Shown piece after piece: positions 1-12,953 of a stretch of DNA of 64,000 nt. The stretch is from Camelus ferus. Its lineage: Eukaryota. The stretch spans positions 45,386,001 to 45,450,000 of the forward strand of contig NC_045696.1 of assembly GCF_009834535.1 (NCBI RefSeq), written 5' to 3'. The notes beneath the pieces are model-generated. The model searched no databases, was not told the DNA's origin, and saw nothing but the letters and a program-made list of their open reading frames with translations. Position numbers and translations under genes: made by a program. Position 1 is the stretch's first letter. The number at the start of each line of letters is the position of its first letter.

Positions 1-346
1 CCATATGATATCACTTATATGTGGAATCTAAAATATGATAAAAATGAACTTATTTACAAAATAGAAATAGACTCACAGACATAAAAAACAAACTTATGGT
101 TATCAAAGAGGAAAGAAGGTGGGGAAGTGATAAATTAGGAGTTTGGGACTAGCAGATATAAACTAATATATACAAAGCAGGTAAGCAACAAGGTCCTACT
201 GTATTGCACAGGGAACTGTATTCAATATCCTGTAAAAACCATAATGGAAAAGAATATGAAAAATAATATATATATTTAACTGAATCACTTTGCTGTATAC
301 AAAAAATTAATATAACATTGTAAATCAACTATACTTTTAAAAAAAA
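1..346 (+). mobile_element. L1 3' UTR terminus with A-tail (artiodactyl-type L1), cut by window edge
   Basis: Typical L1 3' end: 'atatcacttatatgtggaatctaaaa...gaatcactttgctgtatac...cattgtaaatcaactatact' followed by an A-run. Confidence 0.9.
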
Positions 347-589
347 GGACAAAACACAATCTACTCTCAGGTGCAATCACTTCCAGATTGTGTGTTGTGC
401 ACGTGCATATATATGAACATATAAAAGAATATATATACACACACATACATATATATATAACATGGACATTTATTTCAGTGACCAATATTTAGGCAAGGGA
501 AAAAAAATGAAACTTTCTGCCTCACTACTGTGCTCAGGCTGTGTTGGGCAATCATCAAAACACTCTTTAGTGTCAATTTCCTTCCTGGT

Positions 590-1027
590 CATTTTAGCAG
601 AAGCTGATGGTGCCCTGTCCATATTTTCTTATCTCTCTAGAGCTTCCATAAACACTATCAGTTTTTGTGTCTCTCTCTGTATGAGGACTTCTCTCACATA
701 AAATGATGCGGATTCAGATCCATTAATTCCTAATGAGCAACCAACCCTCAGCCAACAAGAGATAAGAGTCAGTGTGCAATGTCCCCGCTTCCTTTCCCTT
801 AGTGATACAATTCTGTTTTGCTCCATATATTCTCTAGAAGATCCTACCATGGGGATCCACATATGGACCAAGGCTAACCCCATTCATTAATGCATTCTTT
901 ATTGGTCCTCTTTCCTTCTCTGTCTCACTTCTCTGCCCTCTCACTGTACTTCCCTCTCCAATAAATCACTAGCTCTGAAAACCTTGTCTAGGAGTCTTGC
1001 TTTTGTAGAAACCAAACTATTATGATA
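590..1027 (+). mobile_element. ERVL solo LTR, LTR16-like (degenerate)
   Basis: Pyrimidine-rich body, 'ccaataaatcactagc...ccttgtctaggagtcttgcttttgtagaaaccaaacta' resembles the LTR16 3' end; left edge approximate. Confidence 0.55.
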
Positions 1028-1194
1028 GAAAACAACAAAAGACAGTGGGTTTTCAGAATAGGTCTTCAGAGAGAATTGGAAGTTTTAGATCACTAAATTT
1101 AATGCAAAAAGAAAACTATATGCAGCTTTATTATTGTTTTGTCAGCTGTTTTAGCCAGGACTTCTTTTTCACTGTTTATCCCACCTTGGGTTCT

Positions 1195-1390
1195 GATGTA
1201 GTGGGACAGCCTGGTGTTCAGGGAAGAGCCTTAGAAGAGACACACGCATATATATACTCATGCCTTGGCTCCACCACTAGTCAGTCAACTAACCTCTCAG
1301 AGCCTCAGTTTCTCCACCTGTAAAATTGGGGTAAAACACTTGCTTTTCCAACCTCATAGGCTTTTTACAAGCCTTTAATGAGATTCTTTG
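1195..1390 (+). mobile_element. MIR SINE
   Basis: MIR core 'aacctctcagagcctcagtttctccacctgtaaaattgggg'. Confidence 0.8.
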
Positions 1391-3371
1391 GAGCAGAGTG
1401 TTTTCTGTGTAATAGTGTAGGAAATAACAAGAACTGGGTATCTAATTCATGCCAGAGCTTTGATCTCCACCTTGCACTTCCTTTGCTGTTACTATGTTTC
1501 TGTACTTGATAACTTTGCCTGACAAGGTCTTCAGAGTTCCATGTGCTGACTTCAGGACTTGAACCTTATGAATGTTACTTATTCAGCACTGGATGCACAA
1601 AGGCTGACACTTAACAGTCATTTGTGGTGCTGAGGGAAAAATAAAGTTAGTATTTTCCTCATAGAGATGTCTGCAGCGGCAAAAGCCCCAGCTACCGTTC
1701 CCCCCCAAAGGAACCTGCCCCAATGCCAGACGTCCTCTCATAATTCCTGATCATTCAGGAAGTTCAAAGCATACAGTTCTCCCACTTAAGAGCATTTGTG
1801 GGGAGGTCTCTGTTATCACATCATTTTGGAGTTAGAAAGTCTTGCCTCCTCTAGAAGCAGCCATCTGGAATCTCTATTAGTAAAGCAGAGAGATCCAATT
1901 ACAAGCATCTATTTGTAGGGGAAACTCCTGTCAGCTCTTAAAGGAAACTATTCTATGGTGCCAAGGCCTGGCTGGTTCACCTATGGGAAATAAACTCAGG
2001 CACAAAGATGGGCTCTCTAGCAGAGAAAAATGAAAAGGAAGGAGAAATGGAAACAAATCAAGCCTTGCAATTTTTTTCATGATTCAAAACATTTTAAAAT
2101 GAGATTTTTATAACTTCTTTTTTAAAGATTACAGAATACGGTTTTCTTCCACAGCAGAAAGGGAGCAATCAAGCTCAAGTTACAAAGCGAGCAAAAAGAT
2201 GAAAGTTTAGAAAGCCTTAGAACTTTGCTGACTTACAGGCAGAAGGCAGGGGAAAGGCTGAAAGACAGGAAATAATGATTACTATTTGTGCTCTATTTCA
2301 GTTTCCACTTTGGTTAAGCTAACTGGAAGGAAACGAGTGATTAGGTTACTTGTGTCATCACTTACATCAGTAGCTTTATTTTTGAAAAAAAACATCATTA
2401 CCCTTTCTTATTCAAGGAGAATGAGAATCATTGCCCGATCTTACGCTAATGTCTCAAGCTAAACATTTTTTGTTACAAAGATAGGAGAATATTGAAATCT
2501 GCATTGGTACATTCGGTACTTTGATCACAGAGGTGGCTGTAAATGTAGCATTACAGACCAGAGGTTACAGATCACAGTAAACAAAATATCATCTGTGGAA
2601 ATCTATCTTCATGCAGGGTTTTAACCATTTCTGTTCTCCTGCATGAACTTTAACAGAATATCTTTACCAATACAAAATCTCTCATACAGAACTTTCCTTT
2701 TTCCCCTATGTAAATTTAATTCTGTGTCCCTTTAAAAAGTGCTCTGATCAGGTTCCTTTTTAAAAACAATAAAACAAAGTGGTGAGCTCCTGCCACTGTG
2801 CTCACCATTGGACTGAATGTCATACATTAACTCACATGCATGTATAGCAGAGGTGATTACCTGGTTATGCAGATGAAGAAACCATTTTCTCTCCCCTTGA
2901 ATTCCTCCACCACTTAAACAGTTGGCCACAAAAAAAGCTGGCAGTTAACTGTAGCATCTGTATTGTTTAATCATTGTTTTTAATGGATTTATCTTTGAAC
3001 CCAAACAGGGTATTTAAGTCTTTTGCAGACTGAGACATTGTAGAATATTGAGTAGACACTCAATAAATGCTTCTAGATGGTTACATCTCAGGTTTATCCC
3101 ATAATTCAACGGGACTTCAGTCTGCTCTTAAGATCAAGGAAGCTTGATTTTCAGTGACTAGAAAGTAAAAAAGCCATAGACTAACATAAAACCTCAATGT
3201 CAGCTGTATGACTTCAGTGTAAAATATAATCTCATTGCTTACCTGTCCAGTATTATTAGACCAATGGAAAGGAAAGGTTGTGGCATACAAATGAAAGAAA
3301 TTCTGTGTCACAGCTGTGTAAAGAAGCAAACTATGGAATTACTCTTAAAGATACCTATGTAAGGTATAATC

Positions 3372-3666
3372 CAGTGTGTCTCAAACCATCTGTAGTGAAA
3401 GGCTAGCCCTGCCCTGGCACCCCCAGTCTATTCTGGAGTATTAATTTTATAAGAACACATTAAAAATGAATTAGCAAAAAATGAATCACTAAATAAGAGA
3501 AACAAAATATAAGTACCTTTTTTTAACTCTCAGATTTATTAGATAAAAATGATCTTGCCCAATTGTCATGAATGTTTACTTTAAATTTCTAAATGACAGT
3601 CACTGATCAGTATGTAGCGTTTGTGAACCAACCACATTCTGCAGACCCACATTTAGAGAAGGACTG
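3372..3666 (+). mobile_element. hAT-Charlie non-autonomous DNA transposon
   Basis: Starts 'cagtgtgtctcaaac', ends 'cacatttagagaaggactg' (Charlie-type termini); related copy at 63460. Confidence 0.65.
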
Positions 3667-4000
3667 CTATAAATTGTAATCCTATCTAAGGGTCAACTTG
3701 CTTCTTAAATACAAGCAATAAAAAAAATCCCAAAACAACAAACAAAGAAAGAAAAACTACATTAGTTTTACTTGGGAAACTTTCTTGCTGGTCAGAGACA
3801 TAGACTTTGGGCAGCATGCCGGTGCAGACTTGAACAACTGATTCTCTCTGCTCTTCCTTTTTGTTTTTTCTTCACATGTTTTGTACAATATTAGTGATCC
3901 TCTTTTTCCCTTACATCCCACTTTGTCAATGATATTCAAAACTTGTGAATATAAGTATCACAAAACTTTTTCATAGTTCTCTGTGGTATTCTTTAAAAAA

Positions 4001-4337
4001 TTTTTTTTTTACTTAAGTGTAGTTGATTTACAATGTTAGTTTCAGGTGCACAGCAAAGTGATTCAGTTATACATATATACATATATTTTCTTTTCAGATT
4101 CTTTTCCATTATATGTTATTACAAGAAATTGAATATAGTTCCCTGTGCTGTATAGTAGGTCCTCGTTGTTTATCTATTTTGTATATACTGGTAATGTGTA
4201 TGTTAGTCCCCCTCCCTAGAAGTCAAAGAGAGACAAATGTCATATGATATCACTTCTATGTGGAATCTAAAAAATAAATGATACAAATTCTATTTATAAA
4301 CCCAAAACAGACTCACAGACATAGAAAACAAACTATG
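4001..4337 (-). mobile_element. Short L1 3' fragment with 5' inversion
   Basis: T-run at 4001-4010, antisense L1 3' UTR to ~4216, then sense-oriented upstream L1 3' UTR 4217-4337; both parts align by eye to bases 1-346. Confidence 0.85.
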
Positions 4338-6664
4338 TTTCTGGTATCCTTAATAAGCAATTTCTAATTAGCTTCCATGTTTTGATTTTCCTAAGTATTG
4401 TAAGACAGCAGGTAAATCTTATTTTATATTCAGCATTTCATAATGTTTTCAAGAATTAGTTTAAAAGAGCTTTATGACTACCAGTAACAATGAAATTAAG
4501 TTATTTCCTTAGTATAACAAATATCACTTTCTTTGAAATTAATGCCAAACTTAATTTTAAAAATGATATAAACGTGTGAATTCAACAAAGGGAGACTGAA
4601 ATAAATGTTATTAATAAATACTTGAAGTTTGTTTAGAAATCATTTCTCTGATACATATGCACATCTACAATCAATCAAATAATAACTTAAATCTTCACAT
4701 TGCCATCTGGTGGGAATATCAGTGCAATGATTATAGTAGAGGTAATACATGATGACTTAACAGCAGCCAGCATCACAGAGAAGAATATGTTTTACATAAT
4801 TTTTTTTCACTATATAACACCTAGTTTGATCAACTCATTTTCTTTCAAAAAAGTCTGAACTAAAGGAGAAGAAAGGTAATAAAATTTTGTTCAATTATTT
4901 CTAGGTATTATAGACATATTTATATATAGTCTGTCACCTTGGTTTCATTCTTTTGAGACTGATACAGAATTTTTCTTCATGCATTACTTAAGAGGAACTA
5001 AGTTCAGATAGGTTGCCTTACCTTCTCAGATGCTACAGGAAGATGTGAACAGTGCAGAAAAAAGTCAAGAGTTGTCTTTGCATGTGATTCCGACTAAATA
5101 TTTTATTACTACTCATATATATTAACAGTTAAGAATTTATTATGATAAGGACTCTAATATTTCCTGGCAAGTGTTAACTGCCTAAGGAGAATATGGAACA
5201 TGCAGTCCGTAACAGTAAGCAATTAAAATTGTAAAGGTAGTTGTTTCACTATTGTCAGGCGATAAAAATAATCACACCTTTGACTTTTATTGGATTTGTA
5301 AACATGCAAGATTTCAAAGTCATAAAACAAACCAAATGTATTGAAATTTACATATATTGAATGAATGTACTGCCCTAGGACAGGCTTTAGAGATCACTGG
5401 AGATAGTCAAAGACTTGTACAAGGGACAAAGAAACTGGGGATATGGAAAATCTAACAACGTTAACAATACTCCTGAATTCATGACTTTAGAATTCAATTG
5501 TGAGCATTCAATTCATATCTTACTGAATATTAACCCTTATATAAGCCTTGTTATTCAGTGATCGAAGATCACATTGCATTTTGTTAGAAGGTTAGCAAGT
5601 GGGAACCAGGTATCTTAAAAAAAAAAAAAAAAAAAAAAAGCCTGTCCCTTCAGTCAGGTAGAAAGGCAAGCAGAGTGGGGAACTGCTCTTTTGTTTTCTT
5701 CTCATGCTTTGAGCGTCAGCAGGAGCAAGGCCTTTCAACGACTGAGAAATGTCAATTAGTCAACAGGGGATGAACAGAAACAAGAACGTAAAAGAAAGTT
5801 ATAACAACATGAATTTCAGATGTCTCTGGTGAAGCATTTAAACATACTGCAATATGCTGGGAATTTCCAATTTGCTAATATTTTCCCTAGTTTAACCATT
5901 TTCTTCTATAACACCACATCAATAAGAATTTAGTGTCGATTAACAAAGAGAGTCAAAAACAATAAAATTCAGAGGTGAGTACAACTGACATTTATCTTCC
6001 CATGAGAGATATAGTGAGAATTCTCTTGTGGTGATACTAAGAGTCATCTTTGTGCTCTTTATATGAAGATTAAGATTACATCAGAGTAGAAGTTATTTCC
6101 TCTCTACCAATATTCTCTGTAGTCTTGTACTTACCAAAGATTTTTGGGGAAAAGAGGCTACTGCTACTGGTATAGATCTTCAGTTTTGAAGACCATCTTG
6201 TCACAATTTGGAACACAAAAGCTGTTCTAGTTGACTTTTTAAGGATATTTCTGACTTTGGTTCTAGAAATAAAAGCTATAAATTAGTTTTTCTTCTATAA
6301 CAAACAAACATACAAATCACAATCCAAATATCTTACTCAATTTCCAGGAATGATTCTTGTTACAAATATTTAGTTGTTGAAAGTAAGCATGTTTTTTGAA
6401 ACCTTTGTAAAATCAGAGTTTGAAAAAGAAGCTACCTTTACAAAGGAAAAGTAACACAGACATATGATTTATATATGTAAATGGTTAACAACTGTTTTGA
6501 GTATAGTGTGCTAGTTACAATGACAAATTCATAATTTTCTACATGATATATGCCATTCTGAGTAGTGTCATTTCAATATATATGTTAAAGCTGTGTCAAA
6601 GAAAGAGAAAGGACAATATTGAATACCTTTGCCTTTCAAAATTGAGACTGGAGGGTAGGTTCAT

Positions 6665-6746
6665 ATGGATTATAAAGTTATATGTGGCTTTTCAACTGTG
6701 AGGGGTTGCCACCTCTAGCCCTTGCATTGTTCAAGGGGCAACTGTA
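6665..6746 (+). mobile_element. TcMar-Tigger terminal fragment
   Basis: 'cccttgcattgttcaaggggcaactg' followed by TA resembles a Tigger terminal inverted repeat and TA target site. Confidence 0.6.
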
Positions 6747-8567
6747 CTGTTTCTCCAATTAAAATTCTCTTTGTTTTGAGCTGGTATTTGGGATACATAT
6801 ACATTTCCACTATATTTATGCCTCAAATACTCAGGGTTAATGAGTATTTCTGTCTTTCATGCCTGCATTTATTCTGGAGGATAGAACATTAAATCCAAGG
6901 AAAAGAAATATTTCATATCCTCTTCAGAAAAATGGTACTGCCCCTTTATAGAAAAGACCTATTAAACATTGCTTTATAAGTTTCTTAAGAATTAGAACTT
7001 GTAGTGATAAATCCAATTATCTTTTCCTAGGTGAAGAAGAAAAAAGAAAGAACCAAAATCGAGGGTAGAAAGGAGAGGAAGAAATAGAACTGAAGTACAA
7101 TTTCCTCATTACTTTGTCCAGGGGAGAGACTTCTAGAACTCACAGATATATCTCCCTTTGTTGAGATACAAAAGGGATTTTTTTTTTCAATTTATAAGCC
7201 AATCAACTTTAAGTATACCTAATAGCACCTTGTAAAATCTAAGCAGTTTAAACAGCAGGCCCTGTTCTGATGTGACTGGTTTTCTAAGTCATTGCTTCTT
7301 TAAAAGGCTGAATTGATCTTTTCTATCTTGACTCTGGCTGAAATCTGAGCGGTATTTTTTGACCAAATAACAAGTCATCTGCCTATTAAACTATTTTCTT
7401 TGATTTCTGAGGATAGAGAGGGCCTTCTCCTTTGTCTTTTACATTGAAGTTTGAAAAATATATTGAAATTTTTTTCAAGAATGATTCATATCAAAACCTT
7501 TAAAGATAGCCATTAAATTTTATTGTACTGCTAGTCCTGCCATAAAATGAATTTGAATTTGATTCTCTTCTGCCTTCATGTTAATACATAGTATTAAACC
7601 TGAGACACTCACAGAAGAAGAATTTACAAATGAGAGGCCATCAAACTTCTTGACCAATTTTTAACCTTAAATTTTACTTGTTTTCAGTGGATTTTGTCTT
7701 CTTAATCAATGATTATAAGCACTGGATGGAAAGAGAAGTTCTCTGTGTAAGAAGTATGTAATAGTTGGGACTTAAAGAGAAATTACAACAATAGTTTTAT
7801 TTTCTGTTTTTCCCACTACCAAAGTAATGAAACCAATAAAGAGTTTCTCAGTAGTATGTGGTATTGCTCTCAAATTATTTCTATGTACAAATTATTTAGT
7901 TTCTGACTTATTTCTTGTCTATTTATGAGAGAAATTTTATAGAGCAAGTAACCAAAAAAATTTATTAAACTCTAAAAAGATCAGGAATTTAGCTGGAGAA
8001 GGTGCTGGGAAGGGTCAATGAGAAGACACAATGCTTCTGAATTTAACATGTACTCAGATCAGCAATGCTATTCATTAATGCTATTCTTAAATCTGTAGAA
8101 GATTAATCTATAGATTTCCCAATTATTGTATAATATAAAGATGAGAAAACATGACATTGCTATGGCTAATATACCTTCTCTTTCATTTTATGCTTATTTT
8201 TAGCAGCTATCATGGGGATGAGTAAAAAATAGTGATTTTTTTTCATTGCACTTAGAGTCATGGGTGACATAGTAACTTTAAGGTGAGTTCTACCTAGATA
8301 TACGTGCATGCACAAATATCTTCTTTAAAAAAAATCTCCTTTGCTTTGTCATTCAATTTAATGTATTTGTATCATAGTCACTATGTGTGAAGGAATTCAA
8401 AGTAACAAGGCTTCAGAAAAGGAAGCTCAAAGAGTTTAACTAAAGTAGGGTGAGGAATTAAAATGCTATTGTTGCAGAAAGAGGCAAACTTCCTATTTGT
8501 CCATCTTCATCCCTGGTGAAGATGAGGTCTGTTGTATAAGAAAACAGTAAGATGATGCTATGAGAGG

Positions 8568-8891
8568 TGTTAAGTTAATGAAGCAAGGAGGCCATTAGAC
8601 TGATGTGACTCTAATGCCAAGATGGTCTATGCAAGCAAACTGATACTCCAGCCTATAATTGCCTCAAGTTTACAAAATAAAAAAATGCTAAGGAGAACCA
8701 ACCACAACCAGCCAACTAGCCTTCAAACTACAGCCAATCAAATAATTTCCTTTCTTTGCTTCACACTTTTTTTCTATTTATCTTTTCCCTAGGCTCCTAA
8801 CTACTTTGGGTTTGGTGCTGCCCTATTCCAATGGACAGATGCTCAAATAAACTGTTAAACTGTTTCATATGCCTCAGTTTACCTTTAAACA
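8568..8891 (+). mobile_element. ERV1-class solo LTR (MER57/MER89-like)
   Basis: TG...CA termini, exact 4-bp TSD GAGG (8564-8567 and 8892-8895), internal CCAAT and AATAAA. Confidence 0.8.
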
Positions 8892-8961
8892 GAGGTAATC
8901 AGCTTTAGAAAAATTGAGATTTATCTTCTTTGTACTCAACATTGAAGAATGGAACCCTTCT

Positions 8962-9372
8962 TATTATTTTTTTTTTTTTTTTTTACTTTTTAAAGGATAT
9001 ATTCTTTTTTTTCTTTTTCATTTTATTAGGTAGAATTATTATAGTTTGACTGCACATATACATCATATTGCATGTAAATACATATATACAGTACACTGCA
9101 CTTTTTTTTAGTTTACATATATGTACTGATCATTGTTTCTAAGAACAGATTAGAGCTTTAGCTTCTTAAACTTACATAGTTATCAAAGGAATAAAGCCAA
9201 CTACAAAGTAAGAATCAACAGAATGCGGTAACCCAATCATAAAGTACAGTCAAATGTGATTACGCTTTTCAAGAAATCAACCATCTAAGTTATAAATAAT
9301 AAGTAGTTCATTTGTGTCATTATTATTATTATATTATTATTATTTAGATTCCTCATATAAGTGATGTCATAT
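8962..9372 (-). mobile_element. Chimeric retroposed insertion (L1 3'UTR fragment + non-L1 sequence + poly-A)
   Basis: T18 at 8967-8984, AATAAA on minus strand at 9022-9027, L1 piece at ~9300-9372, TSD gaacccttct/gagcccttct. Confidence 0.7.
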
Positions 9373-10559
9373 GAGCCCTTCTAAAATAGAGTGAGAGTCT
9401 GACAGCCCCAAGGTTCAAGCAGAGGTTTAAGAGATTCCACAAGGTGGGATACCGGGGGCTGAACCAGGATGAAGCCTGGAAGCTGCACAGAAAGTAGGCA
9501 GAAAGGGAAGGAGGGAGGCAGACCATGTGAGAAAGACTTCTGGTTTTCCATTCTAGATGATTCTGAATGGACAAAAAAATCAATGTAAAGAGAAAGTAAA
9601 GAAAGGCATTCTCTGAATCTAGTCTTTGGATTCCAAGTGTGTCCATGATCAGCAGTTGCTACCCTTGAATGTTCTTCAGAATTTGCATCTTGTAACTACT
9701 GTTTTACAGTGGTATTTTATGCAGCATTCTGTACTAAGACCCAGAAAGTGACCTATCATGAGGCAAATGTATAATACACTCAACTAATAGCACTTTATAA
9801 GATATGGTCTGAATGGAACTTTGTTGTTTTCTGCATTTTTTTTTTCTATTGGACCTGTGTTGTAGCTCTGTTCTGATTCTCCCATTTCCCATCTGCTACA
9901 GAGTATCTTTAGCCTCAACACCCAAGCAAACTCTTTCTTCGGCCACTTATGGCTCAGTTCCATGGTTGAGTGTTTGTATCCTCCTTGCTGGTGGAGCATC
10001 TGCTCCCTGAGCTCTTTGGTTTCTCTTCAGGGACCGCATCTGTTAAGTACCCTTGTGATGACCCAGGTCCTGTTGTGCCCGTGGCTCTGACAGAAAGAGT
10101 TCTTTGAAGCCATACAGCTAACAAAATTCTTCACGAGGAAGATATTTGAATAGCACTAAATGAGATAAATTCAAAAGGGAGTATATAAATATGAAAGCTC
10201 TATTATTCATTCTCTCTCAACTTGTCCAAGGAATGGGAACCCAGATAATTCAATACACTGGGTTCTGATCTCCCAGGATCAGCATAATGGAACTGGCTCC
10301 ACAGGAGAACACAATGTCTAAAAACTCTCATCTTACCAATTGAGTTTGAGCTCCAAAGCTTGCATGGGCAAGTTCTTTCAAATCCTTGAAGACCCAATAT
10401 TGCTTATATGTCTAGAACACTGAGAACAAAATAAAGGTCTCACCAGAACTAAGGAATTGTGCTGAACCTGTTAAGAAATCACAGAAACAGCAAATTATAA
10501 AATAAAAATGTGAAAGAACTAAAAAATACATTGCCAGACTTAATCTTACAGAATATTGA

Positions 10560-11250
10560 TAGAATAATAGCAAATGGGATTTATTCAGGAATGTAGGGAT
10601 GAACAACCAAACAATCAATTAAAATAATACAACATAGTAATTCACCAAAAAGAAAAAAATCAAGAGATTTTGCAATAAATGCCGTAAAGCATTGGATAAA
10701 ATTCAATATGTATTTCTGGTTTTCTAATCTTAGCAAAATAGGGAGAAAGAGCACCCTTTAACAAGACAAACATACATTTTAAACTAGCCAGCATCATATT
10801 TCAGTGCTAAATACTGGAAGAATTCTCACTCAAGTAAGAAAAATGAGTAGGGCATATGACAGCATCACTATCATTTATCGTATTTATAAAATTTTGAGAT
10901 AACGCAATTGACTTTTGAAAGGCAAGAAACATAAACATTAGAAAAAAGCCAACAAAATTATTACTTACCTTTAATTTGATAGTCTACATGCAGATCATAA
11001 AAAAATCTAGTGGAAAAGATTAAAAATAGACAATTAAGAAAGATGTTTCATTTACCAAATTACTTTTTTTTAATCCATTAGCTTTTCATATGCCAAATAA
11101 ATTAGAGAAATATAATGAAAATCATCCCATTAAAACATCAGCAAAAAACATAAAATAAATTGTTTGGAATGATCTTAAGAAAAACGTATAAGAACTATTA
11201 AAAAAAAACTTTAAAATCCTATTAAGGGACAAACAGTAGCATTTAAAAAC
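10560..11250 (+). mobile_element. Ancient L1 (L1M/L1ME) ORF2 remnant
   Basis: Degenerate RT-region DNA: 'gggatttattcaggaatg', 'aaagcattggataaaattcaa'; A-rich strand bias. Confidence 0.65.
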
Positions 11251-11899
11251 ACAAATCACTCTAATAAAATAAAAAATATATATTGGAAAAACCATAAGGG
11301 TGCAGTTTAAAGAATTTTCACACAATGTACACATTTACATAAGCGCCAAAGAAATAAAGAAATCGAACATTACATTTAAGAGTTATAACTACAACTTGAA
11401 TGAAACTGATTATTATATACAGGGTACCATTGGGGCCAAGATACTGTTTAAAGTATTGTAACCACCACTGTGGTCATGATATAAAATATTTCCATCACTT
11501 TGAAAAGTTCCCTCAATCATCTTTACAGAAAAATACCTTTCCTTCATTTTTAGCTCCTGCCAACTAATGATCTATTTTCTGTGAACAGAATTCATGCAAA
11601 TGGAATCATACAATGCTAATCTTTTTGTCTCTGACTTATTTTATATAGTGCAATGCCTTTGGGATTTGGTAATTTGTTCCATGTATCAATAATTAATTCC
11701 TGGTTTTGCTAATTGGTAATATTACATTGAGTGGATGTATATTCTTTATTCTTTCTACTTATTTATTCTACTTATTTATTTTTTCATGGTAGATGGAAAT
11801 TTGGGTTGTTTCCAGTTTTTGGCCATTTTAAATACAGCTGCTATGAAAATTCCTATAAAGTCTTGTGTGGATACTTTTTAAATTTTCTTGAGTACAAAG

Positions 11900-12629
11900 T
11901 AATTTTGAAACTAACTACCCAGAGTCAGATCAAACTTTACAGGCTAAAAGCATGTCTTCCACAAGACTGCCCTTATACCAGCAGCAAATTGAGGGGTCCC
12001 AGGCCACATACACTTTTGACCAACTGACGACAAATTCAGGTTTCTGGTGCCCCTGCAGGGTAATTTTTTATAACAACTCACAGAACTCAGGAAAGTGCTA
12101 TACTTTTATTACAGCAAAAAGATACAAGTCAAAATCAAAAGAAGAGACACACAGGGAGCGGTATGGGAGGGTCCCAAACAAAGCTTCCATGTCCTCAAGA
12201 TGCATCACCTTTCCAGTACATCGATATATTTCACTAGCTAGAGAAACTCACCCGAGCTTCAGGTGTCCAGTGTTTTTGCTGGGGTTTCACTATGTACGCT
12301 TATTGACTGAATCACTGGCTACATGCTTAAACTCAATCTTCAGCCTCCCTCCCCTCCCTGGAGTTTGGGAAGCTGGGCTGCTATCACGTGGCTCTCAAAC
12401 CCCAACGCTTTAATTACATCATTGGTCTTTCTGACAAGGTTAGCCTCTATTCTGATATCATCTAGGGACCCACAATGAGTCACCTCATTAGCATGATCTT
12501 AGAAGGTGTAATAATAGGAGGGGCCCATCATGAATAACAAAGACACTCCTCTTACCACGGAAACCCAATATTTAGAGGATCTGTCCCTGAAACCAAGGAC
12601 AAGGGCCAAGTAATTTCTTTATTATACAA
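11900..12629 (-). mobile_element. MER21-like LTR
   Basis: 'cacaagactgccc...cttttgaccaactg...ctcacagaactcagg' are MER21 hallmarks; nested in L1; strand tentative. Confidence 0.7.
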
Positions 12630-12953
12630 TGTTTAAAATCTAGGAGAGGAGTTGTATGTTTCGCTACAAATGAAACTGACAAAAATTTTTCCAAAGTGGC
12701 TATAAAATTTTTCCTCTGATAAGCAGTACATGAGACTGCCAGTTACTCTTCATCTTTGCTGCAACTTGGTACTGTCAGTCTTTAAACTTCAGCAATTTTA
12801 CTTTGTGTACAGTGGTATCACATAATAAATTTGACTTAAAATCTTCCTAATAATGGTTTTTATTCATTTCTCATTTTAATCTTTTATAGAATCACTCTGA
12901 AGTGTACAACTGAATGATTTTCAGAATAGTCAATGGTATGCAACCATCACTAC

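Noticed and set aside
7031..7088. Lys/Arg-rich frame after an acceptor-like site
   Set aside because: Explained by purine-rich low complexity; ends in a stop after 18 codons
10963..11025. Minus-strand 38-nt exon with a strong gtaagt donor
   Set aside because: Inside antisense L1, where cryptic sites are common; the frame needed to join exon 6262 contains a stop
11952..12413. Longest ORF in the track (153 aa)
   Set aside because: Lies entirely within a MER21-like LTR, with no recognisable domain
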